A stretch of DNA of 38,650 bases from the IMG/VR virus record IMGVR_UViG_3300027777_000022, one strand, 5' to 3'. Origin of the DNA: a virus. Lineage: Duplodnaviria > Heunggongvirae > Uroviricota > Caudoviricetes. The notes beneath the pieces were generated by a model. It saw only the letters and a program-made list of their open reading frames with translations, ran no database searches and was not told the origin of the DNA. This document shows positions 37,276-38,650 of the stretch, in pieces. Numbering within the stretch: position 1 is the first letter of the stretch; the number at the start of each line of letters is the position of its first letter. The translations under genes were made by a program, and so were the position numbers.

Positions 37276-38650
37276 GATGCAAGTTCTGTATCTGTGCTAT
37301 AGCTGGTAAATCCATTCTCTTTTACCACCTTGAGAATGTTCTCTACCCTGCTGGTAAGTTCATCTCTATGACTAACCAACCAAATTGATTTGTGTCGTTC
37401 GCGACTCATCTTTTTCAGCAATGCTAATGCATTTTCCACACCCTGAGTATCTAGTCCAGAATCAATCATCTCATCAATGAATAAAATATTGATAGGACTA
37501 TACAAACTTTCCCATACATCTCTAAATGCCCAACTCATGCTGAGGATTAGTCGATTCCGTTCTCCACGTGATAAATTGTCAAAGTCTAGTTCGCGACCCA
37601 GTTCTTCAATGCTCACAGTGAGATCATTCTGAAACTTTACAGTATGTGGCAATCCAATTCGATCAAGATAATGTGTGAGTCGACTGTTGAGATAACTTAA
37701 ATTTTGATCAATAATTTTCTTGCGTACAAATGAGTCTTTGCTGGTCAGTAGCTTCAGCAAAAACTCCTGATGTTCCTGCACCCTTGTAAACTCGTTTAGT
37801 GCATCGTAGCTGACCACTTGCAATGCCTGATGCTGCATGTCTGTAATTTGTTCGGTATATGGATCAGTATCTGCGGTCCTGGCCGCAAGATCCTTGCGCA
37901 AGGCATCCACGGTATTTTTGTGATTCAATGCTTGTTCTAAATTGTCATAAAACACCACTGGAGCAGATCCAATGGTACCAAGAGAAATTAATCGATCTTT
38001 GTGCTCCAGTCGTTGTGCGTCATTGGTTAACAATTGCAACGCTAATTCTTGAAGATTTTTTTCACGTTGTGCTTTTACAGTGTCCAGACTATTATCATGA
38101 ATCTCTGTCCCACAAGCAAAACACTTATGACTGGCAATTTGACTGAGATCTTTTTTGATCTGATCAATTTGCTTTTGTAATTTCACATCATCAGCATTAA
38201 TCTGTTTGATCCAGCAATTTGCATCATCTGTAGATTTCTTTTGCACATGATATGCTTCGAGATCTCTGTGTGCTTGCACTTCTGCGCCAATATCAATGTG
38301 TTCAAGATCGGCAATGCCTTGTGCAAGGCTTTCTGTGTCTTCTGTTTGTTTGCGTAGCCACAGGGTTCGGCGTTTCTCTAAACTGACAATCTGTTCTTCA
38401 ATACGCTTGTTAGCTTCTTGCACAGCACGGATACGTAGTTCTTCTGCTTGGATAGAATCTTTGGTCTGTCTGTTGAGTTCTTTGATGCGATCTGCACGCT
38501 CACTCAGCAGCGTGATGCCCAGCAGTTGTTCAATGATTGTTCGTTGTTCATTGGCTTTGAGACTCAAGAACGGCGGCGTATATGTGTTTAATGCCACAAT
38601 GTGTTGGAACATGTCGTGACTCATGCCTAACACACGTTCTATGGCTTCTT
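37272..38650 (-). CDS. gp46: Recombination endonuclease ATPase subunit, Rad50/SbcC-like (gp46); N-terminus beyond right edge
   Basis: Zinc hook CFACG in coiled coil, signature LSRGE, Walker B ILFIDEMIDSGLD, H-loop LVSH; Walker A not in window. Confidence 0.92.
   Translation of the reverse strand, partial: EAIERVLGMSHDMFQHIVALNTYTPPFLSLKANEQRTIIEQLLGITLLSERADRIKELNRQTKDSIQAEELRIRAVQEANKRIEEQIVSLEKRRTLWLRKQTEDTESLAQGIADLEHIDIGAEVQAHRDLEAYHVQKKSTDDANCWIKQINADDVKLQKQIDQIKKDLSQIASHKCFACGTEIHDNSLDTVKAQREKNLQELALQLLTNDAQRLEHKDRLISLGTIGSAPVVFYDNLEQALNHKNTVDALRKDLAARTADTDPYTEQITDMQHQALQVVSYDALNEFTRVQEHQEFLLKLLTSKDSFVRKKIIDQNLSYLNSRLTHYLDRIGLPHTVKFQNDLTVSIEELGRELDFDNLSRGERNRLILSMSWAFRDVWESLYSPINILFIDEMIDSGLDTQGVENALALLKKMSRERHKSIWLVSHRDELTSRVENILKVVKENGFTSYSTDTELAS

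Noticed and set aside
1-38650. Alternative genetic code (stop reassignment)
   Set aside because: Core genes are full-length in the standard code, and TAA, TAG and TGA all terminate genes

Overview
A 38.6-kb segment of a large T4-like (myovirus-type) bacteriophage genome. Almost all genes are on the minus strand. Reading right to left: a Rad50/SbcC-like gp46 (cut by the window edge), an SGNH-like protein, a small GIY-YIG nuclease, a sulfotransferase-like ORF, a ~390-nt hairpin-rich non-coding tract with a NUMOD3 relic, a plus-strand gp26-like/gp51-like pair joined by a candidate -1 frameshift site, a tape-measure-like gene, and the head module (portal, small ORF, acidic protein, prohead protease, scaffold, major capsid protein). 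These are followed by a free-standing Seg-like endonuclease, a 1151-aa fibre protein ending in a Hedgehog-type Hint domain, HAD and LamG genes, and a cluster of glycosyltransferase-like genes. The left 14.7 kb is one giant reading frame (ATG at 14727, at least 4909 codons, running off the left edge) that the supplied ORF track missed. It encodes a gp10-type baseplate anchor, five Pro-poor Gly-X-Gln collagen-like blocks (~2,700 aa in total) and two 5-repeat beta-propeller-like domains. All ORFs listed by the track in 88-14903 other than 14772..15359 are shadow frames of this gene. TAAATA late-promoter boxes precede many genes, often with no room for a leader. All calls come from motif recognition by eye; no database searches were run.
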